Part shown: piece after piece, positions 42,863 to 55,767 of the stretch
Position numbering within the stretch: the stretch's first letter is position 1
Layout of the letters: every line of letters begins with the position of its first letter
DNA from: Octopus vulgaris
Lineage: Eukaryota
DNA length: 64,000 nt
NCBI GenBank assembly: GCA_951406725.2
Contig: OX597828.1
Span: forward strand, 74,772,001-74,836,000
Direction of reading: 5' to 3'
The notes under the pieces: generated by a model
What the model was told of the DNA's origin: nothing
The model's input: the letters and a program-made list of their open reading frames with translations, nothing else
The model's database searches: none
Made by a program: the position numbers and the translations under genes

Positions 42863-43062
42863 TGGGGGAAAAACAAGAAGGAAATGGAGAAGAAATGGAT
42901 GTATGGAGAATTTATTTGTATGTTACAAAGATGAAAGTTTCTTTTAAAAAACATGACATTATAAATAAATTGATTACAGGTTGAAAAGCTCAATAAATAA
43001 TGTGAAACTCTGAGTAACAGATTTTGTGATATTTTTGCTGCTCTTTTAATAAAGTGTATATA
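42745..43062. mobile_element. Penelope-like inverted pseudo-LTR pair (non-autonomous)
   Basis: GAAACTC(A/T)GAGTAACAG...GCTGCT...AATAAAG is present on the minus strand (42748-42798) and the plus strand (43004-43054). Confidence 0.65.
42777..42824 (-). ncRNA. Type I hammerhead ribozyme motif
   Basis: Reverse complement AAAAACUGU-CUGACGA-ACG-GCAA-CGG-GAAA-CUCAGAG-UA-ACAGGUUUU. Stem I CUGU/ACAG; stem II CG/CG with a GCAA tetraloop; stem III ACUC/GAGU; GUA triplet. Confidence 0.8.
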
Positions 43063-44682
43063 TGGAAATTATAGCTGTGATGCACGTAAAAAGCAGCATC
43101 CGAACATGGCCGTTGCCAGTGCCGCCTTGACTGGATTCCATGCCTGTGGCACATAAAATGCACCAACCTCGTCTGGCCCATGTGCCAGTGACACTTAAAA
43201 AGCACCCACTACACTCACAGAGCGGTTGGCGTTAGGAAGGGCATCCAGTTGTAGACATACTGCCAGATCAGACTGAAGCCTGGTGCAGTCTCCTGGCTTC
43301 CCAGACCCTCGGTCAAACTATCCAACCCATGCTAGCATGGAAAACAGACAGTAAACGATGATGATATATATATATATATACACACACAAACACACACACA
43401 TTTATATCACATAAACGTAGGCAAAACTGCCTGGAGAGCAATGTTCCTACTAACACTATTTATAATTATCCTTTCTACAGTCAGCAGAATTCCAGCAATT
43501 CCAGGTGAGAGGTTTTAGTCAATTACATCGACCCCAGTGCTCAACTGATCCTTATTTTTTTGACCCCCAAAAGGATGTAAGGTGAAGTTTACTTCAGCGG
43601 AATTTGAAGTAAAGGATTGTAAAGATGGACAAAATACTGCTAAGAATTTTGCCTGGGTTACTAATGATTCTGCCAGCTCGCTGTCTTGGTAATAATATTA
43701 ATTTAATCAAAAGATGTTGGTATCAACACAGAGCCTTTGATGATGGTGATAATGCGCGCACACACACACACACACACACTCTTACACATGCATATGTACA
43801 AAAATGGAATGATCAGATGAGATGTAGTCCACCGCCCCATCAAGAATGTTGCTAAGTCTAACAAGAATTCAAACTGTGGTAACCCCTCCAACCCATATAT
43901 ACCAGTATTAATCAAGGGCATCCAGTTGTAGAAACTGTGTATTGGGGCCTGATGCAACTCTGCAGCTCATCAGACCTTGTCAAACCATCCAACCCATGCC
44001 AGCATGGAAAATAGACACAAAATGATGATGATGATGATCATCATCATCACTTTACTGTCTCCCCTCTTAGGCTGGTATGGGTTGATTTGACTGTTTTAAA
44101 AATAGGGTTTTGCTGTTAATTGCTCTTCATGATGTGACCCTTTTTTAATCTGTTCTCGTGACAAACTAAAATGCACACGATATATAAATTAATTCATAAT
44201 TAATATAAAAGATACAATTTAAATTTCTGAATATATATCCAAAGTCATTAAAAAATCCATGTTCAGAAATTTAGCAATTATCACTTTTAATTATGAATAA
44301 ATTAATTAACTGCTTTTAAGGCTGTTGATTGGCTGAATCATTAGAACTGTAGACAAAAATATCTTATGGTATTTGTTTTGGTTCCTTACATTCTGTGTTC
44401 AAATTCCAATGAAGTCAGCTTGGCTTTCGTCCTTTCAGAGTTGATAAAACAAACTATCAGTAGTTAATCTAATTGACTGTGCCCCTCCCCTCAAACGTCA
44501 AGCCTTGTACCTATGTTGGAAATAAGAAATTAACTTCTATCATTTATAATACAAAACGGTATTAGAGATTATAAGACTCAGTTTGAATCAGAAAAGAGGA
44601 ATGGTTGCCCAGATGGGTTCCATTAGCATGGAACTGTTGCTTTACTTGCCAAGTGGGTGATTGTATTACCGTTTCCTCTGCA

Positions 44683-45202
44683 CCGGGGGGTGGGGAAACT
44701 CTTTAGTGTGGTGGGCTAAAATTTTCAAAGAAAAAGGTCTGCGAGTGGATCGCAAGTACTAACTCTTATATCTGTTTAAATCTTGTATATATCTGTATAT
44801 TAATTCGATGTACATTAATAAAGATAAGTTTAACACATTAAACTTACACGTAACATCTTCATTAATGCCACCACTGAATTTGGACGCTTATATTACTTAT
44901 GCAGTATTCTATATCTTTCAGCTAGAGTATAGTTGGGACCCAAGGGGGTGGTACAAACCTAGCAATATGGGTTTTATTGTAAAATCAAAGTTTCCATCCA
45001 AATGGCAATTACTGGACGGTTTTCTGTTCAAGTCTAACCGTTTTAAGTCATTGTGGAAACGCAACCTATTGTTGCAAATATGCATACGAATATTGTATAA
45101 ATTTCATAATTGAAAAATTTACTATATTTTGTACATATGTGTATACCAGCCTAGGGGCATAATAAAATGGGCTTGCGGTGGGGGGGAAGGTCCCCACCCC
45201 TG
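44683..45202. mobile_element. hAT-like non-autonomous DNA transposon
   Basis: Termini (C)GGGGGGTGGGGAAAC and GTCCCCACCCCTG resemble CAGGGGTGGGGAA hAT TIRs. Confidence 0.5.
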
Positions 45203-45419
45203 CTGTACACAGTACCTGTCAGTGCCTTCATCTTAAATTAGGGTATTTAACACCATTATCTTTTATGTAATTACATTATAGCAGCTAAGTTTTAACATCT
45301 GCTGATAACGGTCAACTCCATTACCTCTCCTAACATTTCTTGTATTTTTGCTGTTTATTTTCATGTGTTCTTAAGAATTCTTTATTCAATGTGTTAATCC
45401 TTTATTAATTCTTTATTCA

Positions 45420-45660
45420 ATGTGTTTGGAAGGCATCGGTGTGTTTGGAAGATGTCAGTATGTTTGGAAGGTGTGTCTGGAAGGCATCAGTATGTCTGGA
45501 AAATGTTGGTGTGTTTGGAAGGCTTCAGTGTGTCTGGAAGGCTTCAGTGTGTTTAGGAGGTGTCGGCATGTTTGGAAGTTCTTGGTGTGTTTGGAAGTCA
45601 TTGTTACATTTGGAAGGTGTTGGAATGTCCAGAAGGTGTCAGTGTGTTTGGAATGTGTTA
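45420..45660. repeat. Degenerate ~19-bp minisatellite (GTGTTTGGAAGG...)
   Basis: TGTTTGGAAG/TGTCTGGAAG recurs about a dozen times. Confidence 0.85.
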
Positions 45661-45727
45661 ACTGACATGTTTAGAATGTGCAGGGTATTTATAAGCAGAA
45701 GAGCCTCTTCACTACTGCCAACACTTG

Positions 45728-45760
<33 letters not shown>

Positions 45761-46111
45761 CAACACTACTACAACTATTAGTATCACCAATACAATTCCC
45801 AGCAATACTTCTACTACCACCCCTACCACTATTACCAGCAACACTACTGCCTAACACCAAAAACCAGTGCTAAAACCATCACCACCACTCCACAACCACC
45901 ACCACCACCACCACCATCAACACAACCACCACCACCACCACCACCACCACCATCCTATATTTCTTTCACTATTTACCATTTTTAGTTTGTCTTGCTTTGT
46001 AGTGGAGATTAGATTCTAGGGTGTCTGTTGCTTATGTCTTATACATCTGTGTAAATATATACACAGCAGATATATACACACACAGCTTATCTCTCTCTCT
46101 CTCTCTCTCTC

Positions 46112-46145
<34 letters not shown>

Positions 46146-46746
46146 CAAAATACTGCTACTTCACTACCATTACCATTTGCTTATATATCACTACTTACCA
46201 TTTTTAGTATATATATATATGTGTGTGTGTGTATATATATTTATATATGCATACACATGCATATATTTATATAATATACATAATATTACAACTTCACCAC
46301 CACCCCTTAACACCACCCCATTACTATTAACCATTTTTAGTTACTTTTTACTCATATATCTGTTGTTTCGAACTGGTATGGACATTATTTCATGCTTCGA
46401 CTTGTCTTTTGGTTACCAGCTATTTGTCTGTCTGTCTGTCTCCCAAAGGCTAGCTGCCAGCAGATGGTGTTTTTCATGTAGATTCATCACAACAATTTGT
46501 TTCTTTATTCCATATGCCAAGATCATTGTTAAACATTTGAATTTCTCTTATTTTGGTGGCAGCTGCTACAATGTTTATTTCTTAAAGAAGTAGTGTGTTC
46601 GTTGTATAATTCACTTCTTCTTCCTGTGTAAGAAATGGAAATATGTACAGAAGTGAAAAATAGCTCTTTTTATTTCGTTTTTTTCTCTTTTTCTTTTTTC
46701 AAATAACTCTAAACAGTTATATTTAAAATTTCATATTTTCACTGTA

Positions 46747-46792
46747 TCTATAAACAGGCCGTTTCTGTATGTTTGTGCTTCATCAGTGTAGA
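46747..46792 (-). ncRNA. Decayed type I hammerhead motif
   Basis: Reverse complement UCUACA-CUGAUGA-AGCACAAACAUACA-GAAA-CGGCCUG-UU-UAUAGA. Stem I has 5 of 6 pairs; stem II is degraded. Confidence 0.5.
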
Positions 46793-48600
46793 GTATCATT
46801 TAGTTAATTCATTGTTTATTTACAAATTATATATTCAAGTTATTTCAACTTATTGTCTTCATGTTAAATCATGTGGAGAAGGGTAGAGTAAGACAGTAAG
46901 AGAAAGACAAAGAGGCAGAATCAAATATTCGTTTGAGGATAAAATGGACAGATAGACATTAGAAATAATGTTGGGATTAATCAGTTTGTGTTTCTTCATC
47001 TGCCAAGGCCAATCTGTCAGACATAATGCTTTTCAGGTTGTCTTGTATTAATCATGCATCATATCGCTGCTTCAAGATTTCAAAGATGTAATTGTTTATT
47101 TTTAGGATGACAGTGTAAGGTAGGTGTGATAGGTCAGATCCGATCAGTTTGAATATAAAACATGTAGAATATTTGGACTGGATATGCTAAAGGGTTAAAT
47201 TCAATTGGCTTGGAAATTATTCTGTGTTCAGCTTTTTCTCTTGGCATCACCCATTTTAGAGTATTTTTAAGAGAATTTAGTATTGCAACCAGTCACATCT
47301 AGATCCAATATTCTACCTGTTTTATGTCCAAACTAACCATATCCAGCCTCTCACACCTACCCCACAATGTCATTCTAAAAATAAACAATCACATCATTGA
47401 AACCTCAAAGCTATAAGATATTGCATAATCAATTCAAAACAATGTGAATAAGTAATCATTATAATTGATACAAAGGCATATGATTCATGGTAGCTATTTG
47501 TCTGTGTGTTCCACATGCCATGACCATCCTGTTTGAATTTCCTCACTATGGTAACTGTTACATTCTTTCTTATAGAAGCACTGTTTGGCTATTTTCATAG
47601 GATTTATTCCGCTTAGTGATCTCTTGCTATTTATATGTTATTTTGAGATTTAGGGTTAGTGATTAACTGAGCCTTAGGGAGTTTGTGATGTGTGTATGAA
47701 CTTTCAGGCCATTTGTTCTCAAAGTTACTCCTCCTTCTCCCCATATATCCATCTCCCCATTCTCTCTACTCTGTTGACAGTAACATCTTAGTTACCAAAA
47801 CCTTGTGGTTCCAGTTGCCCCACCTCCTCTATTACTCTTCTACACCACCTCCTCTTCCCTCCAATACTACTACTACTACTACTGCATTTATCAAACTCAG
47901 CTCCTCACTACCCACCACCTCCACTACCACCAACACCCTGTCACATATACCCAGTCACCATAACAACTGACAGTTCAATACCCTACTTCCACACTACTGA
48001 CTCAAGATATGTGTAGTAACCTGTACATGCCTGAATTACTGTTATCCAGTACTCTTGATTTGTTATCCACCCTGTATCTACCCTAATGACTACCTTTGAG
48101 TCATTAGGGTAGATACAGTCTTATCCTTTGTATAACACCCTTATGATTGACATTTGCCCAGTACCCTGTGTATATACTCTAATGGTTGATGTCTAGTATG
48201 TTGAATACACCCTTGTACTCAAAGTAGTGCACATTCAGTATCCTGAATAATAGGTTGACCTTGTACCCTGAAAAACACCTTTATAACTTGTCATTTGTCT
48301 CACACTGTATACCCTAGGCCACCCATAAGCAAATTGCAACCTGCAGGACTTTCCAGATGACACACCTAAACAAAGAAATTACTTTGACTTTTTTTTAAAT
48401 AATGCAACCTGCCACATGATGAGTCATGTCTCATACCTGCCTGCTTCTCAAAAAAAAGGTTGACTGTGCCTACCTCCAAACAGCAGCCAATACCTTTATG
48501 CACCCCAAGGCCTGGGGTTCTTCAGTACTTCATAGATTTATTTTCTTGTTCTTGTGGCAGCTTTCACCTGGGTTGGGTTGAGCCATCTCTAGCCCACGAG

Positions 48601-48765
48601 TACCGTATTTTAACATGTATAAGGAATCCCCAAATTTTGGGGGGTTAAAATTTTGAAAAAAGGTTTTGAAAGGTATTATAATACTATCCATGCATAAGAA
48701 ACTCCCATATTTTTCAACCTAATTTTTGACAAAAAAGGGTTCCTTATAAATGTTAAAATATGGTA
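48601..48765. mobile_element. Tc1/mariner-superfamily (pogo/Tc2-like) MITE with TA target duplication
   Basis: TA-CCGTATTTTAACATGTATAAGG...CCTTATAAATGTTAAAATATGG-TA terminal inverted repeats. Confidence 0.8.
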
Positions 48766-49589
48766 ATTCATGTTTGGGGTTTCAGCAGGAATACAAGTTT
48801 GCATGTGATGTGGCCCCTGGTCACATACATACACACTTTGGTGTCGTGTGATCTGTAGTTGCTCATCACGAAGAATTCACTGACCAAGTCACTGCCAATT
48901 ATCAGAGGAGACTTAACCTGGGTTTGAAACAGGTTCTAGAGACATGCTTTAACAAAAGCTAATAAGGTGGCTCACTCCCAGTGGTCTTCCCATATGTCAG
49001 GCTCCAGACTGGAACATCTGAAGGCCCATGCTAGCTAGCAATGCTAGATAACCATTGACCCTGCACTGAGTCCTATCCATTCTTTAGACAGGTCTTGTTT
49101 TTAGTCCTGCTGGGTTTCTAGCGACCCTCCTCAGGGTTTTTCTCTACCCTTTACAAACCCCAATGACTCCGGTTCATATGTAATCCCTAAGGGGTTAAAA
49201 AACAAAGGAAACTGTTAGTCTTAGAAACGAGTTTAGACAGGAATGAGAAATGTCTGTAAACATCTCTTATATTTTACCAATCTTCTTTGAAAAGGGTTGG
49301 GGATTGGGGGTAGAGTGTTTTCCCCCCTTTTATTTATTTTTTCAATATTTAATTAAGGGTGGGTTTGAAATTCCTCCTGCAGTAACATGTTTATTTATTA
49401 TACGCGCATTAGATATTATTTTTTATCTTTTGATAGTTTTTGATTTCATCTTGTATGTTGTTTTTACATTTTGTTTTTAATCTTTCTTTCATTTTCACTC
49501 AATGGAAGACACCCTCCCCCCCCACCATGTTTCTGTAACGTTTACCAGTCATTGCCCTTGTGACACCAGCACCATTACTGAGTCAGATT

Positions 49590-50795
49590 TGTTCCAGCTC
49601 TTTACGTTTTGAGTTCAATTCCCAATGAAGTCAGCTTTGCCATTCATCCGTTTGGAGGCGGTTGATAAAATAGAATACCAGTGAAATACTGGGGTTGATG
49701 ATATTGACTAAACCAGCTCCAATCAGAACTACTGGACCTAAATCAGAAGCGATTATTCTTAAAGTGATGCTGTGGCAGAATGATTGGACCATTGGTAAAA
49801 TGCCTTGTGTTATTTCTTCTGGCTTTTTACAATCAGAGTTCAAATCCCACCAAGGCCAACTTTGTTTCTGTCCCTCTGGGGTTAATAAAAGGAAATACCA
49901 TGTACTCAAGTTGATGGTCTCAACTAACTCTCTCCCCTCAAGACACCTTTTTCCGAAATCAGAAATTATCATTATATTCATTATTGAGGCAGTGAACTGG
50001 CAGAATTGTTAGCACCCTGATGTTCTGAGTTCAAATTCCACTGAGGTCGAATTTGCCTTCCATCCTTTCAGGGTCGATAAAATTAAGTACCAATTAAACA
50101 CTGGGGTCAATGTAATTAACTAGCTGTTCCTCACAAAATTTCAGGCCTTGTGTCTATAGTAAAAAGGGTTATTTATAAAGGCAACGAGCTGGCAGAATCG
50201 TTAACACAACAGGCAAAATGCTTGGCAGCATTTCATGTCTTAACAGTCTGAGTTCGGATTCCGCCAATGTCGACTTTGCCTTTCATCCTTTTGGGGTCAA
50301 CAAAAAAGAGAAATGGGGTTGATGTAATCGATTAGCCTCCTGCCCCTAAATTTCAGGCCTTGTGCCGATAGCAGACACGAATATTATTATTATTATTATT
50401 ATTATTAAGGTGGTGAGCTGGCAGAATCGTTAGCAAGCCAGGCAAAATGCTTAGCAGTATTTCACCTGTCGCTACGTTCTGAGTTCAAATCCCGCTGAGA
50501 TCGACTTCACCTTTCATCCTTTTGGGGGTCGATAGATTAAGTACCAGTTCTGTACTGGAGTCAATCTATTTGACTGCCCCACTCCCCTCAAATTTCAGGC
50601 ATTGTGCCTATAATAGAAAAGATTTTAGAGCTATTTCATCTGTCTTTACATTCTGAGTTCAAATCCCGCTGAGGTCGACTTTGCCTTTCATCTTTTCGGG
50701 GTTTGATTGAATAAGTACCAGTTACACACTGGGGTCGATGTAACTGACTTAATACCTTCCCCCAAATTTGAGGCCTTGTGCTTCCAGTAGAAAGA

Positions 50796-50850
<55 letters not shown>
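49590..50850 (+). mobile_element. Head-to-tail array of ~6-7 family B SINE copies/fragments
   Basis: Repeated GAGTTC(A/G)AAT...(C)TTTGCCTTTCATCCTTT...GGGGTC blocks near 49610, 49837, 50027, 50250, 50481 and 50655, ending in (ATT)n. Confidence 0.9.
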
Positions 50851-50852
<2 letters not shown>

Positions 50853-51888
50853 TCTTTTTATCTTTGCTATTTTCGGGGTCTGTTGCCAACATAAACACCT
50901 TTTTCTGCATGAATCTGTTGTACCTTCAGCTGTTGGGGTCTCAACCACGAGATGTTCTCTTATAGTATTTACCTCTTGTACTTTCATATGCACCACACCT
51001 TCCAACTCACCATCACCACCTCCACCTCCACCACCACAGCCATTATTTTGGCACCCTACTGATACACCAGTCCTCACCCCTCCACCACCACCATTCCAAA
51101 CCCTTTCTGCCCCTGTCTTGTTATCCTCCACTCTATGCCCTTTGCTAGACAGAAAACCTTCTGCCATTCCTAACAAGAATGGAATTTCTGAAAACGATGG
51201 GGATGAGTTAGGATGGGGTGGAGGTCTCACCTAACATCCACCCTTTTTCCTCCCCCTCTCTCTCTCTTCTCCCCTCCGCCTGCTCTCTTTTGCTATCATT
51301 TTTCTGTCCAGCTTCCACCCAGAAGGCATATATATACTACTACACCCCTTTTTGTTGTCTTTGGTAATATCAGGTTTCATACAGGGAACCAACCTAAACA
51401 GACCCCTAGGTGGTAAGGAGATATTTTAAGCATCCTACATACACATACGCACACATATCTGCATACACTTATATACATATATAAAAACTTGCACATACAC
51501 ATAAAGGAACTGATTGCTTGACACTGATACCACAGCCAGCCACCCAAGGGTGCTTCTATGTGGTCTGTGGATCTACTGGAAATAGCAGGGAAACCTCCTT
51601 CAAATCATGCACTCACACACACAAGACAATGTTGTCCTTGGTTTGCTGTATGAAAGATGGGGTTGCCATGTGTGGAGCTCCTCTGATTGTAAGGCTGCTC
51701 AGTCAGAGCTGACAACGACAGCATCTTCATATCTGAACCAACTTACTAGAAATAGCAGTGAAATCTCCCTCAAACCAAACCCTGCCAGAAAGACATGTTA
51801 GAGAATGTAGTCCCCTGTTGTACAGGATGGTCATGGCTGGAACACTCTTGCTTGTGAGTCTGCTCAGTGTTGTCCTGGAGTTAAATAA

Positions 51889-52240
51889 CATGGCTGTGTG
51901 GTAAGAAGTTTGCTTCCCAACCACATGGTTCTGGGTTCAGTCCCACTGCATGGCACCTTGGGAAAATGTCTTCTTCTATAGCCTTGTGTTGACCAAAGCC
52001 TTGTGAGTGGATTTGGTAGATGGAAACTGAAAGAAGCCCGTCATATGTGTATGCGTTTGTCCCTTGCCACTATTTGGCAACTAGTGTTGGTTTGTTTACA
52101 TCCCTGTAACTTTGTAGTTCAGCAAAAGAGACTGATAGAATAAGTACCAGGGGTCAGTTAGTTTGATTAAAACTCTCCAAGCTAGTGCTCCAGCCTGGTC
52201 ACAGCTTGATGTGTGAAACAAATAAAAGACGAAAGATAAA
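51889..52240 (+). mobile_element. SINE family A copy
   Basis: Family head, core and tail. Confidence 0.85.
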
Positions 52241-52254
52241 AGAAGTGTCTTTAT

Positions 52255-52440
52255 ATAGTTGCATGACCTGCTAGAAATAACAGCCAAGTCTCCCTTAAAT
52301 GACACACTGGATAATGTTGTCTGGGATATGCTATTTCAACCCCCCACCCCACCAAAAACAAAACCAGGATGGTCTCATCTGGAATGCCTTTGTTTATAGA
52401 TCTGCTGGTTCACTAATTTCCTGGGGCTAAACAACAGCTT
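52255..52440 (+). mobile_element. Representative of abundant family E repeat (CTAGAAATAACAGCCAA...GGATGGTC...CCTGGGGCTAAACAAC)
   Basis: Well over ten diverged copies on both strands, e.g. ~6780, 14680, 15330, 21240, 21980, 32930, 51740, 60330 and 62630. It is likely an old retroposon. Confidence 0.65.
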
Positions 52441-53079
52441 CAGACAAAAACCTTTGATACTGTCAGGTGAGGGGTTAGGGGTTTGTCACTAAATATTGAT
52501 TTATGAATCATGTTGTCCAGACTTGTCTGTCCACTGCCGCCACCACCACTGCCGCCAATGCCAAGTTCTTCAATGGTCAACCTGCTTAATACTTTGATGT
52601 CCTTTCAAGTCTGTTTCTAAGATTTTTTATATCAACAAGGATCCAAGCCCAGGCAAGTCCTGACGCATTTCTGTCAAACAGACAACATTCCAAAACGCCA
52701 TTGTTGTGGCTGTTGCTATTGTTGCTATTGTTCATAATAAAAGTAGTGCCAGTGGTGGTGGTGGTGGTGGTGGTGGTGGTGGCAGAGATATGCAGCAATA
52801 GCAGTAGTACTGCTGCTACTACTACTACTACTACCACTTTAAGCACAAGTCTTGCAACTTTGGGGAAGGGGGACAGTTGATGACACTGACCCCAGCGCTC
52901 AACTGATACTTATTTCATCAACCGACCCCAAAAGGATGAAAGGCAAAGTCGACCTCAGTGGAATTTGAACTCAGAACATAAAGACAGACAGAATGCTGCT
53001 TAGCATTTTGTCCCACACGCTAATGGTTCTACCAGATTGCCACCTTAATAATTATGATGATAGTAATAATAATAGAGTG

Positions 53080-53295
53080 AAGGTGCATGGCTCAGTGGTT
53101 AGAGCATCAAGCTTACGATTGTGAGGTTGTGAGTTCGAATCCCGGACCGGGCTGTATGTTGTGTTCTTGAGCAAGACACTTTATTTCACGTTGTTCCAGT
53201 TCACTCAGCTGTAGAAATGTGTTGCGATGTCACTGGTGCCAAGCTGTATTGGCCCCTTTGCCTTTCACTTGGATAACATCAATGGCGTGGAGAGA
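53080..53295 (+). mobile_element. tRNA-derived SINE, family D
   Basis: A box TGGCTCAGTGG, B box GAGTTCGAATCCC, then TTCTTGAGCAAGACACTT core. Confidence 0.8.
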
Positions 53296-54383
53296 TGTAA
53301 GGCAAAGTTGACCTCAGGAGGATTTGAACTTAGAATGGAAAGAGTTGGAAGAAATACCACTAAGCATGTTGTCTGACATGCTAACCATTCTGCCAGTTGG
53401 ATGCCCTAATAACAACAACAACACAGTGGCTCTCACTATACACGACTGTTCAAACTGTGTTACTCTTGTTTAACCCAGTTTGTGGTACTCCAACTACCAA
53501 CTTGTGGTACTCCTCTCTGACCCAACTAATATATACTCTTGCCTGATCCCTCCATTGTGTAGTACTCCTCTCTGACTCTACCAGCTTAGGATACTCCTAT
53601 TCTACACTGCTGACATGTGGTACTCTTCTCTTGCACTACAGGCTGGTTGGGGTACCCTTGCCTAATACTATCAACTAATTGAGGTACTCCTGTCCCACAC
53701 AGCCATCTTATATCAGAGTAGAGGAATGAGTCAGTAGGTTTTTTTAAAATTTGTTTTATTTTTAATTAATATAGTTTCTTCTCGCATTTACTGTATTTAA
53801 TTGTGAGAATTCATTAATGTTAAAACGCTTTTAGTTATTGGTGGGAAAGAAACAGTGTTTAAAATAGCCTTAACAGACTAGACATGTCTACAATAAGCAG
53901 AGACTGCTAATGGAAGGAGAGAAGTGTGTGTGTGTGTGAAAGAGAGGATTTAAATTTGGAGTGTGTGTGTGTGTATGTATGTATATATATATGTATTGAA
54001 GTAATCAACATATATGTATATAAATATATACATACATATATTCAAATGTCACCTTGTACAGTTTTCAACACGTTGTAAAGTGACACGTTTGCCGTACTGC
54101 AAAGTGACCTGGAGGGTATGTGCATGTGCAGAATGAACATAGGGCAAGTTGCAAGGTCTCTCTCTCTCTCTCTCCACATACACAAACAGATGCAAAGACA
54201 GTGCATACAAACGTGTTTGTGTGCAATCACACTGCTTTGCAATTTGGACAAGTGTCATCTCTTACAACTCTGGGTTGACAAAAAAACTTTGTAAATGGAT
54301 TTGGTGGACAGAAATGGTAAGAAGCCCATTGGGTGTGTGTGAGAGAAAAGAGATGGAAAGAGATAGGAAGTGCATGAATTCAA

Positions 54384-54536
54384 GCTGTGTGTGTGTATAA
54401 AGTTTGCTTCTTAACCACATGGTTCTGGGTTCAGTCCCACTGCGTGGCATCTTCGGCAAGTGTCTTCTACTATAACTTCGGGCAGACAAAAGCCTTGTGA
54501 GTGGATTTGGTAGATGGAAACTGATAGAAGCCTATC

Positions 54537-54581
<45 letters not shown>

Positions 54582-54813
54582 TACATGTATGTATGTATGT
54601 ATGTCTTTGTGTGTCTGTGTTTGTCCCCCCCCACATACCATTGTTTGACAGCCACTGGTGGTATGTTTACATCCCCATAACCTAGCAGTTCCGCAAAAGA
54701 GACCGATAGAATAAGTACTAGGCTTACAAAGAATAAGTCCTGGTGTCGATTTGTTCAACTAAAGGCGGTGCTCCAGCATGGCCACAGTCAAATGACTGAA
54801 ACATGTAAAAGAG
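54384..54813 (+). mobile_element. SINE family A copy
   Basis: Family core, internal (TA)n and tail. Confidence 0.85.
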
Positions 54814-55118
54814 TAATAACATTGTTGGCAACACTCAAGTATTGCAGTCACTTCTTCTTAATTGGTTTACAGTTTTATATTTCTTTAGGCTCCTTTAATT
54901 CTCCCTAGGGTACCCTGATGCCCTGCGTGGATCTCTGCTTGAAAACCAATGATAAAGAATAGATTTACTTTCATTTTCAATAAAAAGGGCCAGTTTTGTT
55001 GCTTACCTTGTGGCAGGGTTACTAAATATTGAATATCCATGTTGGAAGAAAGGTTATGAAGCTGCAATCATTGGATCCCATTGTGAGGTTTAGGGTGAAT
55101 AATTAAAGTAAATATATT

Positions 55119-55333
55119 CTCTTCTCCTCTAGGCACAAGGCCCAAAATTTTTGGGGAGGGGGCCAGTCGATTAGATCGACTCCAGTGCGCAACTGGTACT
55201 TAATTTATCAACCCTGAAAGGATGAAAGTCAAAGTTGACCTTGGTGGAATTTGAACTCAGAACGTAAAGACAGGTGAAATATCGCTAAAGCATTTCGCCT
55301 GGCATGCTAGCATTTCTGCCAGCTCGCCGCCAT
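55119..55333 (-). mobile_element. SINE family B, full-length, with 17-bp target-site duplication
   Basis: ATTAAAGTAAATATATT at 55102-55118 and 55334-55350 flanks the element. Confidence 0.92.
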
Positions 55334-55377
55334 ATTAAAGTAAATATATTGGGAAAATATAGACTGCTATTAATATA

Positions 55378-55767
55378 CATAAAAGATAGAAAATTGAATA
55401 CACACGTGCGAAAAAATGTGCTTAATTAAACTAGGAAACCCGCACCTAAATAATACTCACCCTGCCCTAATTACCCAACGAAAGTAACCAGTCTACCACA
55501 AGCAAACCTCTACCCTGTAAATTTACCAGTGCAAGAACAAAATTTAATGTAAGGACACTTTTGGTTACATTACCATCACATATGTATCAATTATTTTCGC
55601 ATCTTATCTATATTCGCATTCTGAAGAGATTCACTTAAACCAGTAAATTGAAACAATCCTAAATGCTACCTCGATCTCTGCTTCCTTCTTCGTTATCTAA
55701 TTAATTAAAGACATACCAGCGAAAACCACGAGTCTCCCACTGTTATTATATCCATTTTCTTCTCCTT
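55378..55767 (+). mobile_element. ~390-bp retrozyme-like insert flanked by a 20-bp direct repeat
   Basis: TATAGAC(T/A)GCTATTAATATA at 55358-55377 and 55768-55787, with an internal hammerhead motif and no ORF. Confidence 0.65.
55616..55666 (+). ncRNA. Type I hammerhead ribozyme motif (partly decayed)
   Basis: GCAUU-CUGAAGA-GAUUCAC-UUAAACCA-GUAAAUU-GAAA-CAAUCC-UA-AAUGC. Stem I GCAUU/AAUGC is perfect; stem II has 6 of 7 pairs; the 15.2-16.2 pair is broken (C:C). Confidence 0.7.

Noticed and set aside
53080-53155. tRNA gene
   Set aside because: A/B boxes are present, but there is no proper acceptor stem and the sequence continues into a SINE core; it is a SINE head.
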